Source of the DNA: Acidimicrobiia bacterium | GTDB lineage: Bacteria; Actinomycetota; Acidimicrobiia; Spongiisociales; ZC4RG35 | Assembly (NCBI GenBank): GCA_040878345.1 | Contig: JBBDML010000014.1 | Coordinates: 24,544-88,543 of the forward strand | Direction of reading: 5' to 3' | DNA length: 64,000 nt | Part shown: piece by piece, positions 1-8,325 of the stretch | Layout: the number at the start of each line of letters is the position of its first letter | Position numbering within the stretch: position 1 is the stretch's first letter | Made by a program: the position numbers and the translations under genes | Notes under the pieces: model-generated | What the model was told of the DNA's origin: nothing | What the model saw: the letters and a program-made list of their open reading frames with translations, nothing else | Database searches by the model: none

Positions 1-73
1 AGCATCCTCCCAACGCTAGACGGCGGCTCCGGAGCGGCTTCTCGTGATCGAGATCGCGCTTGCGAGATGCTCG

Positions 74-1090
74 TCAGGTCTGCGACAACGGCTTGCCGCG
101 CTTGCGGTCGATCCCGCCGACCAGGGCCCCGGTGATGACCAGCATCAACACCAGCAGCCACACCCAATGGGCGCCGATGATCTCCACAGCCGTCCGATAA
201 TCGATGCTGAGCCCTAGGACCTCGGGCGCCATCAGGTGGCCCCCGAACATGTCCGAGCCGAAGTCTGCCTGGACGCCCGACTCGCCGACCCGCAGCCCGG
301 TACCGGCGAGAGCCGGTGACCCGGCGAGGGTGGTCGAAGTCGTGGGACCGGCGGGTGGAGGCACGCCACCGGTGCCGGGACGGGTGGTCGTAGTCGTCGT
401 GCTAGTCGCGGTGGTCGAAGTGGTGTTCGGTCTGGTGTCGGGCGTCGTCGGCTTGGTGGTAGTGGTGGGCTGAGTGGTGGTCGTGGTGGAAGGCTCGCTG
501 GTTGTGGTGGTGGTGGGATCTACGACGAGGTCACCCTCGATCTCGACGTTGTCGATGTACACCTCGCCATTCAGGATCCCGCTGACCACGAACCGGACCC
601 CAAACCCCTCTGACAGGAAGTCGTCGATCGAGATGGTCCTCTCACCCGAGGAGTCCCCCAGGACCAGGATGGTGTTGGTGTCGATCGTCTGCCATCCCGA
701 ACCGTCCGTGGTCACCTGAGTACTGACCGTCACATTCAGGAGGACCTCGCCGTCGAGGTAATAGGACAAGGTGGCCTGCTCGAACACCGATGTGTCGGCG
801 TAGCGGACCGCTCCCAGGGAGTCGAGATTGACCCCGGTGCTATCGATGTGGAGACACTTGTTGCCGGAACAGTGGGGGTCGTCCATGACATGGACCCAGC
901 CGATGTCGGGCCCGTCGTCCTCCCCGATCTCGGCCCAGGGACCGCCCCAGGTCAGGCTCCCGTCGTTCCCGGAGTAAGTGGTGCTCTTGAAGTCGTCTCG
1001 GTACTCGCCGTGATCCGACTCGGCCAGGGCGGCCGGAGCAAAAGCGATCAGTGTGGCGAGCACCAGGCCGGCAACGGCGGTCCTCCTCAT
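74..1090 (-). CDS. Secreted, C-terminally anchored protein with a beta-sandwich-like N-domain and Thr/Pro-rich linker (function unknown)
   Basis: 338-aa ORF. It has a signal-peptide-like N-terminus (MRRTAVAGLVLATLIAFAPAALA), a long TTTT/P linker, and a C-terminal hydrophobic helix followed by RKRGK. Its start overlaps the kinase stop by 4 nt (1087-1090). Confidence 0.6.
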   Translation of the reverse strand: MRRTAVAGLVLATLIAFAPAALAESDHGEYRDDFKSTTYSGNDGSLTWGGPWAEIGEDDGPDIGWVHVMDDPHCSGNKCLHIDSTGVNLDSLGAVRYADTSVFEQATLSYYLDGEVLLNVTVSTQVTTDGSGWQTIDTNTILVLGDSSGERTISIDDFLSEGFGVRFVVSGILNGEVYIDNVEIEGDLVVDPTTTTTSEPSTTTTTQPTTTTKPTTPDTRPNTTSTTATSTTTTTTRPGTGGVPPPAGPTTSTTLAGSPALAGTGLRVGESGVQADFGSDMFGGHLMAPEVLGLSIDYRTAVEIIGAHWVWLLVLMLVITGALVGGIDRKRGKPLSQT

Positions 1091-2478
1091 GAGGACATTG
1101 CCCGGATGACCTCGGACACCGACTCCGCCTCCGGCTCCTCCCCCGCCTCGGGGAGGTACGAGGGCAGGCTCACCACGAAATAGGTCCGGTCACCGAAGCG
1201 CTGATAGGTGAGCTGACCATCCAGCTTGTTGGTGAGTCGGGAAGCAACCGCCAGGCCCAATCCCACGCTCCCGGTGAGCAGGGGCGCGGAGCCCTGGTGG
1301 GCGAAGCGCTCGAAGAGACTGGCGAGACGGTCTTCGGAGACTCCCGGCCCGTTGTCCCAGACCTCGATGTCGACGTTGCCTTCCCCGGAGGAGACCTCGA
1401 TGCCGACGCGGGGCCCACCATGACGGACCGCGTTGGATATGAGATTGACCAGGATGTGGCGCAGCCGCGCCGCGTCGACGACCACCATCTCGGAGGTTGC
1501 GGTCCAGGAGACTGCCTGCCCGGCTCGCTCGAACGGGACGATGGCGCTCTCCACCACCGACGAGACCCGGGTTGGGGCCATCTCGATCTCGATACCGATG
1601 CTCTCCAGCCGCGAGGCGGCGAGCAGGTCGTCGATCATCCGGGACATCTCTGCGGCCTCGTTGGCGATGATCCCGGCAAGCTCGGCGGCGTGCTCGGGGT
1701 CCGTCGCCCCGTTGTCGGAGAGAATCTCGGAGAAACCGTAGATCGAGGTCAACGGTGTCCTCAGCTCATGTGAGAGCGCCGCGATGAAACTGTCCTTGGC
1801 GCGGCTCACCGAACGCTCGGCCTCGATCTCCAGGTCGGTCCTTGCCTTGAAGTCCCTCATCTGGCGACGAGCGACCCACCAGTAGACCAGAACCCCCGAA
1901 GCCGGAATTGCCAGGGTCAGGACGAAGGTCACGTACCCGTTGGCCCTTGTCGCCGCGGCGGTGTTGGCGTTGATCGCCGCCTGGATGGCGTCCTGCTCGG
2001 CGCTCAGGGAGGCAGTCAGATCGAGATACACCGCCTCGAGTGACCTCATCTCCTCGGTGGCGGCTGCGGCGCCCGAGTCGGCCAGGGTGGAGGCGGTCTG
2101 CTTCGCCCCTTCCCAGAATCGGGTGACGTAGGCGATCGTCGGGCTCTCGGTTCCGGCCGAGATCAAGGTCTCGAGCTCGCGCAGGGAAGCGTCCACCTGC
2201 TCCATGGCGAAGTCGAGGTCGGCTGTGGTTGCGATTCCCCGGGAGACCAGGTCGGAGAAGGTGATCGCCTGAGCCAGCGCGGCTCGGGTCAGGGCCGAGG
2301 TGCCGGCGACCGAGTTGGCCCAATGGAGGGTGGCGGCGTTGGCGGCGACACGGGCCGCGCCGATCGAATTGGCGAAGGTCAAACCAGCGACAAACAGGAT
2401 GAGTACGAGCGCTGCCGAAACGGCGGCGGCAACAGTGCGCTTCCTGACACGAGGCGGGGCCGAGCCCTCCACGCCCAT
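1087..2478 (-). CDS. Sensor histidine kinase (two TM helices flanking a helical extracytoplasmic domain, then HisKA and HATPase domains)
   Basis: H-box SHELRTPLTSI. N/G boxes LISNAVRHG, WDNGPGV, GSVGLGLAV. Hydrophobic segments near residues 17-37 and about 185-205. Confidence 0.88.
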   Translation of the reverse strand: MGVEGSAPPRVRKRTVAAAVSAALVLILFVAGLTFANSIGAARVAANAATLHWANSVAGTSALTRAALAQAITFSDLVSRGIATTADLDFAMEQVDASLRELETLISAGTESPTIAYVTRFWEGAKQTASTLADSGAAAATEEMRSLEAVYLDLTASLSAEQDAIQAAINANTAAATRANGYVTFVLTLAIPASGVLVYWWVARRQMRDFKARTDLEIEAERSVSRAKDSFIAALSHELRTPLTSIYGFSEILSDNGATDPEHAAELAGIIANEAAEMSRMIDDLLAASRLESIGIEIEMAPTRVSSVVESAIVPFERAGQAVSWTATSEMVVVDAARLRHILVNLISNAVRHGGPRVGIEVSSGEGNVDIEVWDNGPGVSEDRLASLFERFAHQGSAPLLTGSVGLGLAVASRLTNKLDGQLTYQRFGDRTYFVVSLPSYLPEAGEEPEAESVSEVIRAMSS

Positions 2479-2546
2479 GTCCTCTACATCGGCACAATCA
2501 GACCCGGTTCTTTATGGGCCGGATGGTCCATTGCCGTTCGAGTGGT

Positions 2547-4451
2547 TCACCCGGGTTGGATCACCGCCACCACTGGAAAGTGATCGGACGCCTGGCTCAG
2601 GATCACCCCTACGTCCGCCGTCATCAGGTCGGGAGTGTGGAAGACATAGTCGATCCGGTGCTCGGGATTGGCGGCGTTGGAGGTGAAACCTTCCCCGGTG
2701 CCGGCCTCGGCCCAGGCGTCGACCCATCCGGCGCCCATCAACTCCTCGAGCTGCTCCCACCCGGGCCGGGCGTTGAAGTCTCCCACCAGGATCGCAGGCT
2801 GGAAGCCACCCCACTCGGTGACGATGGCCTCGATCTGCTCGGTGTGGACCGGGTAGAGGTCGGCTTCAGGGTCGGCCTCGTGGACCGTCGAGTCGTTGAT
2901 GTGCTGGAGATGGGTGCTGATGAAGAGGACCTCACCATCGGCAACCTGAAGCGTCACCGCGAGATAGCCGCGCCTCAGAGGGGTCCCCACCATTGGCAGA
3001 TAGGCGGTGGCCTCGTCGATGATAGGGACTCGGCTGAGGACGGCATTCCCCCACGACGGGTCACTGGTGCCGAAGAACGCCGAGTGCTCGAATCCGAGAC
3101 GCTCTCTGAGGATGGTGAGCTCGTCGGTGGCCCCGGTGATCAGCTGTCCCCGGGCCACCTCCTGCAGACCGACGACCACCGCCCCGGAATCTTCGATGAC
3201 ACGGACCAGCTCGTCGATGTCGAAGGTCCCCGACGTGCCGTAGCCCGAGTGGATGTTGTAGCTCATCACCCGGAGCGGGTACACGTCGAACGCGACGTCG
3301 GGCTCGACGTCGCGGCCTGCGGTGACCAGGCCGAGCAGAGGCAATGCGCAGGCCAGGGCGGCGAAGGCCCAGGTCTGATTGGTGACACCGGGGCGGGCGG
3401 CGCGGCTGGACAGCGCCCCTGATACGGCGAAGAGGGCAATGAGGGCCATGGCGCCGAGACGTGCCTGACCCTGGGTGAAGCCGAGACGGAGGTCGAGGGG
3501 GACGTAGTAGAGGAGACCGAGGATGACGAAGAGGGCCATCCCGGTGACCAGATAAGTCGCGGAGGATGCCACCCCCCGCTCGTAGGTGTCCGGTATCAGG
3601 GAAGCCCAGACCATGGCAGCAGCGGGGATTGCGACAATGGAGAGCACGTTGAACGCCAGTGCAGGGCCCTCGGCAAAGCCGATGGCGGCGACCAGGGTGG
3701 CGCTGGCCAAGAGCAGAGCCACCCGGTTGCGCTCGAGGCGTGGGACCACGATCAGGGCGACCACATTGAGCAGGGCGATCCTGAGTTGAGCCTGGGGCCC
3801 ACCGATCCCGGTCACCTCCGAGACCCAACCTTGGTTCTGCAGGATGAGGAACTGGAAGAAGAGGAACGGTCCTACTCCGATCAGCAGCCACCCTGGGCCC
3901 CAGGGAACTCCCTGGCGCTCCACGGTGGGGCATGCCCAAAGGACATAGAGGGTGGCCACCGCCAACCCGATAACGGCGGCGACGGCACCCACCCCGGTCT
4001 GATAGGCCAGGTCGAGGCTCAGGCCCATTCCCTTGATCGCCGAGTCGACGGCAAGCCCGAGCAGGACGCCGCCCACCAACGTCGAGCGACCCATGCTGAC
4101 GAGGAGAGGGAGGAGACCGACGAAGGCCATGGTGCCGACGGCAGCGGTCCAGAAGTCGATGGCCGAGGACGTCGATATTTGCAGATAGGCCCGAGCAAGG
4201 ACCAGGACCCAGACCCCGGTCCACACCGCCCCCCTAGCGGTCAGCCATTTGGACAGTATGGGGAAGATGGCTCCCAGGAGGAAGGGGGCCAGGGCGATCG
4301 GGATCAGGTCGAGGGTCCCGATCCCAACCGTGTCACGCAGGTACCAGGTGATCGAGCCGAAGAGGAACCGCAGCGACTGGGCGCCGAGGACAAAGACCAG
4401 GGCGCCGAAGAGGATCTTCAGGGTGCGGTGCGACTCAGAGGTGTCGAACAC
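2547..4451 (-). CDS. Polytopic membrane protein with a C-terminal endonuclease/exonuclease/phosphatase (EEP) domain
   Basis: 634-aa ORF. The first ~390 aa contain many hydrophobic helices. The C-terminal ~240 aa show EEP hallmarks (VMSYNIHSGYG, GLQEV, LVGDFNA, IDYVF, SDHFPV). Confidence 0.8.
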   Translation of the reverse strand: MFDTSESHRTLKILFGALVFVLGAQSLRFLFGSITWYLRDTVGIGTLDLIPIALAPFLLGAIFPILSKWLTARGAVWTGVWVLVLARAYLQISTSSAIDFWTAAVGTMAFVGLLPLLVSMGRSTLVGGVLLGLAVDSAIKGMGLSLDLAYQTGVGAVAAVIGLAVATLYVLWACPTVERQGVPWGPGWLLIGVGPFLFFQFLILQNQGWVSEVTGIGGPQAQLRIALLNVVALIVVPRLERNRVALLLASATLVAAIGFAEGPALAFNVLSIVAIPAAAMVWASLIPDTYERGVASSATYLVTGMALFVILGLLYYVPLDLRLGFTQGQARLGAMALIALFAVSGALSSRAARPGVTNQTWAFAALACALPLLGLVTAGRDVEPDVAFDVYPLRVMSYNIHSGYGTSGTFDIDELVRVIEDSGAVVVGLQEVARGQLITGATDELTILRERLGFEHSAFFGTSDPSWGNAVLSRVPIIDEATAYLPMVGTPLRRGYLAVTLQVADGEVLFISTHLQHINDSTVHEADPEADLYPVHTEQIEAIVTEWGGFQPAILVGDFNARPGWEQLEELMGAGWVDAWAEAGTGEGFTSNAANPEHRIDYVFHTPDLMTADVGVILSQASDHFPVVAVIQPG

Positions 4452-4468
4452 AGTCGCAACCTATTCCA

Positions 4469-4515
4469 TTCTGTGCGGATTCGCGCGAACCCCTCCGTCA
4501 CAGATCCGCACAGAA
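4469..4515 (+). repeat. 47-nt palindromic intergenic repeat, copy 1 (REP/MITE-like)
   Basis: TTCTGTGCGGAT-TCGCGCGAACCCCTCCGTCACAG-ATCCGCACAGAA. The two 12-nt arms are perfectly complementary. Confidence 0.9.
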
Positions 4516-4529
4516 CAACTTCAAGACCC

Positions 4530-4576
4530 TTCTGTGCGGATTCGCGCCAACCCCTCCGTCACAGATCCGCACAGAA
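4530..4576 (+). repeat. 47-nt palindromic intergenic repeat, copy 2
   Basis: Same orientation as copy 1 and 14 nt downstream of it. One substitution in the loop (GCGCGAAC to GCGCCAAC). Confidence 0.9.
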
Positions 4577-4583
4577 CGAGGAC

Positions 4584-7500
4584 CTAGATGGAGGCGAAGC
4601 GCTCCTCCCGCGGTTTGCGGGCGATGAAGTACTTGGCTTGGGGGTGATGGCAGATGATGGCCGAGGTGGTCTGCTCCGGCTGGTACTGGTAGCCGGTGTG
4701 CGCCCCTACATCGATACCCAGCCGGTCGGCACCGAGTAATCGGGCCACCGTCTCGTTGTCCTCCAGGTCGGGGCAGGCCGGATAACCCCAGGAGTAGCGG
4801 CCACCCCGGTACTTCTGCCGGAACAACCCGATCAAGGTGGGGCCGTCCTGGTCGACGAATCCCCACTCGGTCCTCATCCGATGGTGCCAGAACTCGGCGA
4901 GGGCCTCGGCCATCTCGACACCGAGACCGTGGAGGAGCAGGTAGTCCTGATAACGGTCCTGGTCGAAGAGCTCCTTGGCCCTCTCCGAGACTCTCGGGCC
5001 CATGGTGACGATGTGGAAGGCGGCGTAGTCCACCTCCCCCGACTCGATGGGTCGGAAGAAGTCGGAGATGCACATGTATGGGTCTTCCTGTTGACGAGGG
5101 AAACCGAATCTGACGAGCTGGGTGTTCCTGGTCTCGTCCTCCCAGATGACCAACTCGTCTCCATCCCCATTGGCCGGGTAGTAGCCGTAGACCACCTGAG
5201 GCACCAGGAGCTCGTCGGCCCGCGCCCGGGCCAACTGATCCCGGAGCAGGTGCCCGACCCGCTCCTTGAAGTCGGAGTCGGCTTCGCCAGTCTCGGGCCG
5301 GTATTGCCACTGGTTGCGGAACAGAGCCGTCAGGTTGAGAAACGGGACGATCTCATCGAGGGCAACCCCCTTGACCAAGCGCGAACCGAGGAACGGCGGC
5401 TTGAAGACGTGGTTGTTGGTGGCCACTGAGGGAGACCGGTTCGGTATCTGCGAGGGAGGGGTCGGTTGGTCGGTCCGCGCCCTGCGGGCGGTGGGCGCAG
5501 GCGGCTCTTCCCCGGTCATGACTCTGGCCATGGCGTCGAGCCCGGCGAAGGCGTCCTTGCCGTAGTAGAGCGGCCCCTGGTACCTGCTGCGGAGGTCTGA
5601 CTCCACGTAACTGCGAGTGAGGGCTGCCCCGCCGAGGAGCACGGGCACCGTGCCCAGACCCCGCCGGTCGAGTTCGTCGAGGTTGTCCCGCATGATCAGG
5701 GTGCTCTTGACCAGGAGGCCGCTCATCCCGATGGCATCGGAGCCGGTCTCCTCGAAGGCCTTGATCATCTCGTTGATGCCCACCTTGATCCCCAGGTTGT
5801 GCACTTGGTAGCCGTTGTTGCGGAGGATGATGTCGACCAGGTTCTTGCCGATGTCGTGGACGTCGCCAGAGACCGTGGCCAGCACCACCGAGCCCCGGCC
5901 CAGAGTGTCGGCCTTCTCCATCCTCGGCTCGAGGTGGGCCACCGACTTCTTCATGGTCTCCGCCGACTTGAGGACGAAGGGGAGTTGCATCTCGCCAGTG
6001 GCGAACAGCTCGCCCACCGTCTTCATCCCATCCAGGAGATGGTCGTTGATGATGTCGAGTGGCCCCTTCCCGTCGGCAAGGGCGATATCGATGTCCTCGA
6101 TGATGTTCTTCTGGTCCCCCTCGACGATCCGGCGTGCGAGACGCTGCCCCACGTCAAGCCCCTCGTAGTGGTCGATGCTGTCGTCGACGTCGGTCACGTC
6201 GGCGAAGATCTCGATGATCCGCTCCAGAGGGTCATAACCCTCGGAACGACGGTCGTAGATCAGGTCGAGGCAGGCCGCCCTCTGCTCGGGGTCGACCCGG
6301 TTCAGAGACTCGATCTTGCCGGCATGGACGATGGCAGCGTCGAGACCGGCCTCCACTGCCTCATGGAGGAAGACGGAGTTGAGGGCCCGCCGCGCCGGCT
6401 GGCTCAGACCGAATGAGACGTTGGACACCCCGAGGACGGTGCGGGCCCCGGGTATCTCCATCTTGATCCTCCGGATCGCCTCCAACGTCTCCATGGCGTC
6501 ACCTCGCAGGTCCTCGCCACCAGTGGAGAGGGGAAAGGTGAGTGCGTCGAAGATCAGATCGGAGGCGGTGAGGCCGTAGCGGTTCACCGCCAGGTCGTGG
6601 ATTCGATGGGCGATCCTCAGCTTCCAATCCGTGGTGCGCGCCTGGCCCTCCTCGTCGATCAGCAGGCAGATGACCGCGGCGCCGTATCGGCGCGCAAGTT
6701 TGAAGACGCGATCGAGTCGGGAGCTCTCACCCTCACCGTCTTCGAGGTTGGCGCTGTTGAGCACACACCGCCCGCCTAGACGCTCCAGCCCGGCTTCCAT
6801 GACCTCGGGCTCGGTGGAGTCGAGCACCACCGGGACCGCCACATCGGTGGCGAACGCCTTAGCGAGGACAGCCATGTCGGCGACACCGTCCCGGCCCACG
6901 TAATCGACGCAGAGGTCAACCATGTGGGCTCCCTCCTGGATCTGACCCTGGCCGATGACGACACATCCCTCGATGTCCCCGTCAAGGAGGGCGTCACGGA
7001 ACGCACGTGACCCGTTGGTGTTGGCTCGCTCACCGATCATGAGAAAGGCAGTGTCCTGATCGAAGGGGACCTGGGAGTAGATGGACGAGGCCGCAGCCAC
7101 CATCTGTGGCGACCGGATCTTGGCCGTCATGGGCCGAAGCTTCTCGACGACGGCGGCAAGGTGCTCGGGGGTGGTGCCACAACACCCGCCGATCACACCC
7201 ACCCCCAGCTCGCCGACGAAATCGGCTAGGTGCCTCGCCAGATCCTGGGGGCCGAGGTCATAGGCCATCGCCCCGTCGACCACCTTGGGGAGGCCAGCGT
7301 TGGGGATGGCCGACACCGGCACCGGGGAGTACCTGGTGAGATGACGGAGCGGCTCCCACATCTCGGTGGGACCGGTGGCGCAATTGAGCCCGATCACGTC
7401 GGGCCCGACCGCAGCCAGGGAGGTGAGAGCCGCACCGATCTCCGTCCCGGGGAGCATCCGTCCCGTGATCTCGATGGTCACCTGGACCTGGAGCGGGATC

Positions 7501-8054
7501 TCGACACCGGCGGCGGCCATGGCCTGGCGGGCGCCATCGATCGCAGCCTTGGCGCCGAGGAGGTCGAATTGGGTCTCGATGATCAACAGGTCGGCGCCAC
7601 CGTCGATAAGACCGGCGCTCTCTACCCGGTAAGCCTCGACCAGCTCCCGGTAGGTGATCTGGCCCAGCGTGGCGAACTTGGTGCCGGGGCCCATCGAGCC
7701 GGCGACGAAGCGGGGACGCCCGTCGGCGGCGACGTACTCGTCGACCACCCCACGGGCCAGGGATGCGGCGGCGGTTGCGATCTCATAGGCGCGGTCGGCG
7801 ATCCCGTACTCGGCCAAGGGCACGGCGAAAGCACCGAAGCTGTTGGTCTCCACCACATCGACACCGACGTCGAGGAAGGACCGGTGGAGGTCCTTGATCA
7901 CATCGGGCCTGGTGACGCTGAGCAGGTCGACACACCCGTCGAACTGTGGCCCGCCGAAGTCATCGAGGGTGAGATTGCGTCGCTGCAGGTTGGTCCCGGT
8001 GGCCCCGTCGAAGATGACCACGCCCTTGGACACGGCATCGAGGTACCGGCTCAT
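4584..8054 (-). CDS. metH: Cobalamin-dependent methionine synthase
   Basis: Full multidomain architecture can be read from the sequence: Hcy-binding, pterin-binding, B12-binding (GDVHDIGKN) and the activation domain. I place the start at ATG 8054 (MSRYLDAVSKG...). The ORF-track start at 8156 lies inside the P1 stem of the upstream riboswitch. Confidence 0.93.
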   Translation of the reverse strand: MSRYLDAVSKGVVIFDGATGTNLQRRNLTLDDFGGPQFDGCVDLLSVTRPDVIKDLHRSFLDVGVDVVETNSFGAFAVPLAEYGIADRAYEIATAAASLARGVVDEYVAADGRPRFVAGSMGPGTKFATLGQITYRELVEAYRVESAGLIDGGADLLIIETQFDLLGAKAAIDGARQAMAAAGVEIPLQVQVTIEITGRMLPGTEIGAALTSLAAVGPDVIGLNCATGPTEMWEPLRHLTRYSPVPVSAIPNAGLPKVVDGAMAYDLGPQDLARHLADFVGELGVGVIGGCCGTTPEHLAAVVEKLRPMTAKIRSPQMVAAASSIYSQVPFDQDTAFLMIGERANTNGSRAFRDALLDGDIEGCVVIGQGQIQEGAHMVDLCVDYVGRDGVADMAVLAKAFATDVAVPVVLDSTEPEVMEAGLERLGGRCVLNSANLEDGEGESSRLDRVFKLARRYGAAVICLLIDEEGQARTTDWKLRIAHRIHDLAVNRYGLTASDLIFDALTFPLSTGGEDLRGDAMETLEAIRRIKMEIPGARTVLGVSNVSFGLSQPARRALNSVFLHEAVEAGLDAAIVHAGKIESLNRVDPEQRAACLDLIYDRRSEGYDPLERIIEIFADVTDVDDSIDHYEGLDVGQRLARRIVEGDQKNIIEDIDIALADGKGPLDIINDHLLDGMKTVGELFATGEMQLPFVLKSAETMKKSVAHLEPRMEKADTLGRGSVVLATVSGDVHDIGKNLVDIILRNNGYQVHNLGIKVGINEMIKAFEETGSDAIGMSGLLVKSTLIMRDNLDELDRRGLGTVPVLLGGAALTRSYVESDLRSRYQGPLYYGKDAFAGLDAMARVMTGEEPPAPTARRARTDQPTPPSQIPNRSPSVATNNHVFKPPFLGSRLVKGVALDEIVPFLNLTALFRNQWQYRPETGEADSDFKERVGHLLRDQLARARADELLVPQVVYGYYPANGDGDELVIWEDETRNTQLVRFGFPRQQEDPYMCISDFFRPIESGEVDYAAFHIVTMGPRVSERAKELFDQDRYQDYLLLHGLGVEMAEALAEFWHHRMRTEWGFVDQDGPTLIGLFRQKYRGGRYSWGYPACPDLEDNETVARLLGADRLGIDVGAHTGYQYQPEQTTSAIICHHPQAKYFIARKPREERFASI

Positions 8055-8155
8055 CGGGTTCCTGGTAACGACATTGGCGTCCTTCTCATCGGTCCTTCTC
8101 CTCTTGTCTCTTTCGAAACGCTTGAGAGAGAACCATGAGCCGGAGCCCAAGGTCA

Positions 8156-8238
8156 CTCATCGTTCAGGCATTGGCACCGTGCTCTTCGTCGGTTGCCGCG
8201 GCGTCATAGGGCCTGTTCCCTCGGCCGCTCGTGATGAG
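8156..8238 (-). promoter_or_regulatory. SAM-I-clan (S-box-like) riboswitch aptamer in the metH leader; P4 appears to be absent
   Basis: Minus-strand RNA: CUCAUCACGAGCGGCCGAGGGAACAGGCCCUAUGACGCCGCGGCAACCGACGAAGAGCACGGUGCCAAUGCCUGAACGAUGAG. It contains the P1 pair CUCAUC/GAUGAG and the core blocks GAGGGA, GGCCC, AUGA, GGCAACC and GGUGCCAA. Confidence 0.8.
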
Positions 8239-8325
8239 CGTTTCTAGCTACAGAATATCGCCTTGATGGGGTTGTAGGCAAGTCACCCCAGGGTCGGGCC
8301 GCTGGGGTCATGGGCAGTGCGGGAC

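Noticed and set aside
200-330. A LAGTG motif in the 74-1090 protein as a sortase (LAxTG) sorting signal.
   Set aside because: The motif lies about 45 residues upstream of the C-terminal hydrophobic helix. Canonical sorting signals place the helix within a few residues of the motif, and no sortase gene is in the window. The protein is treated as a simple C-terminal anchor.
4469-4576. Whether the 47-nt repeats are a miniature CRISPR array.
   Set aside because: There are only two units per locus. The spacers are 14-15 nt, far too short. Identical units are scattered at three distant loci, one of them inverted. No cas genes are present. A REP/MITE-like interpretation fits better.
8055-8156. The metH start at 8156 as given by the ORF track (34 extra N-terminal residues, MTLGSGSWFSLKRFERDKRRR...).
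   Set aside because: The ATG at 8154-8156 lies within the GAUGAG 3' strand of the riboswitch P1 helix. The extension is basic, non-conserved-looking sequence. MSRYLDAVSKGVVIFDG from 8054 matches normal MetH N-termini.
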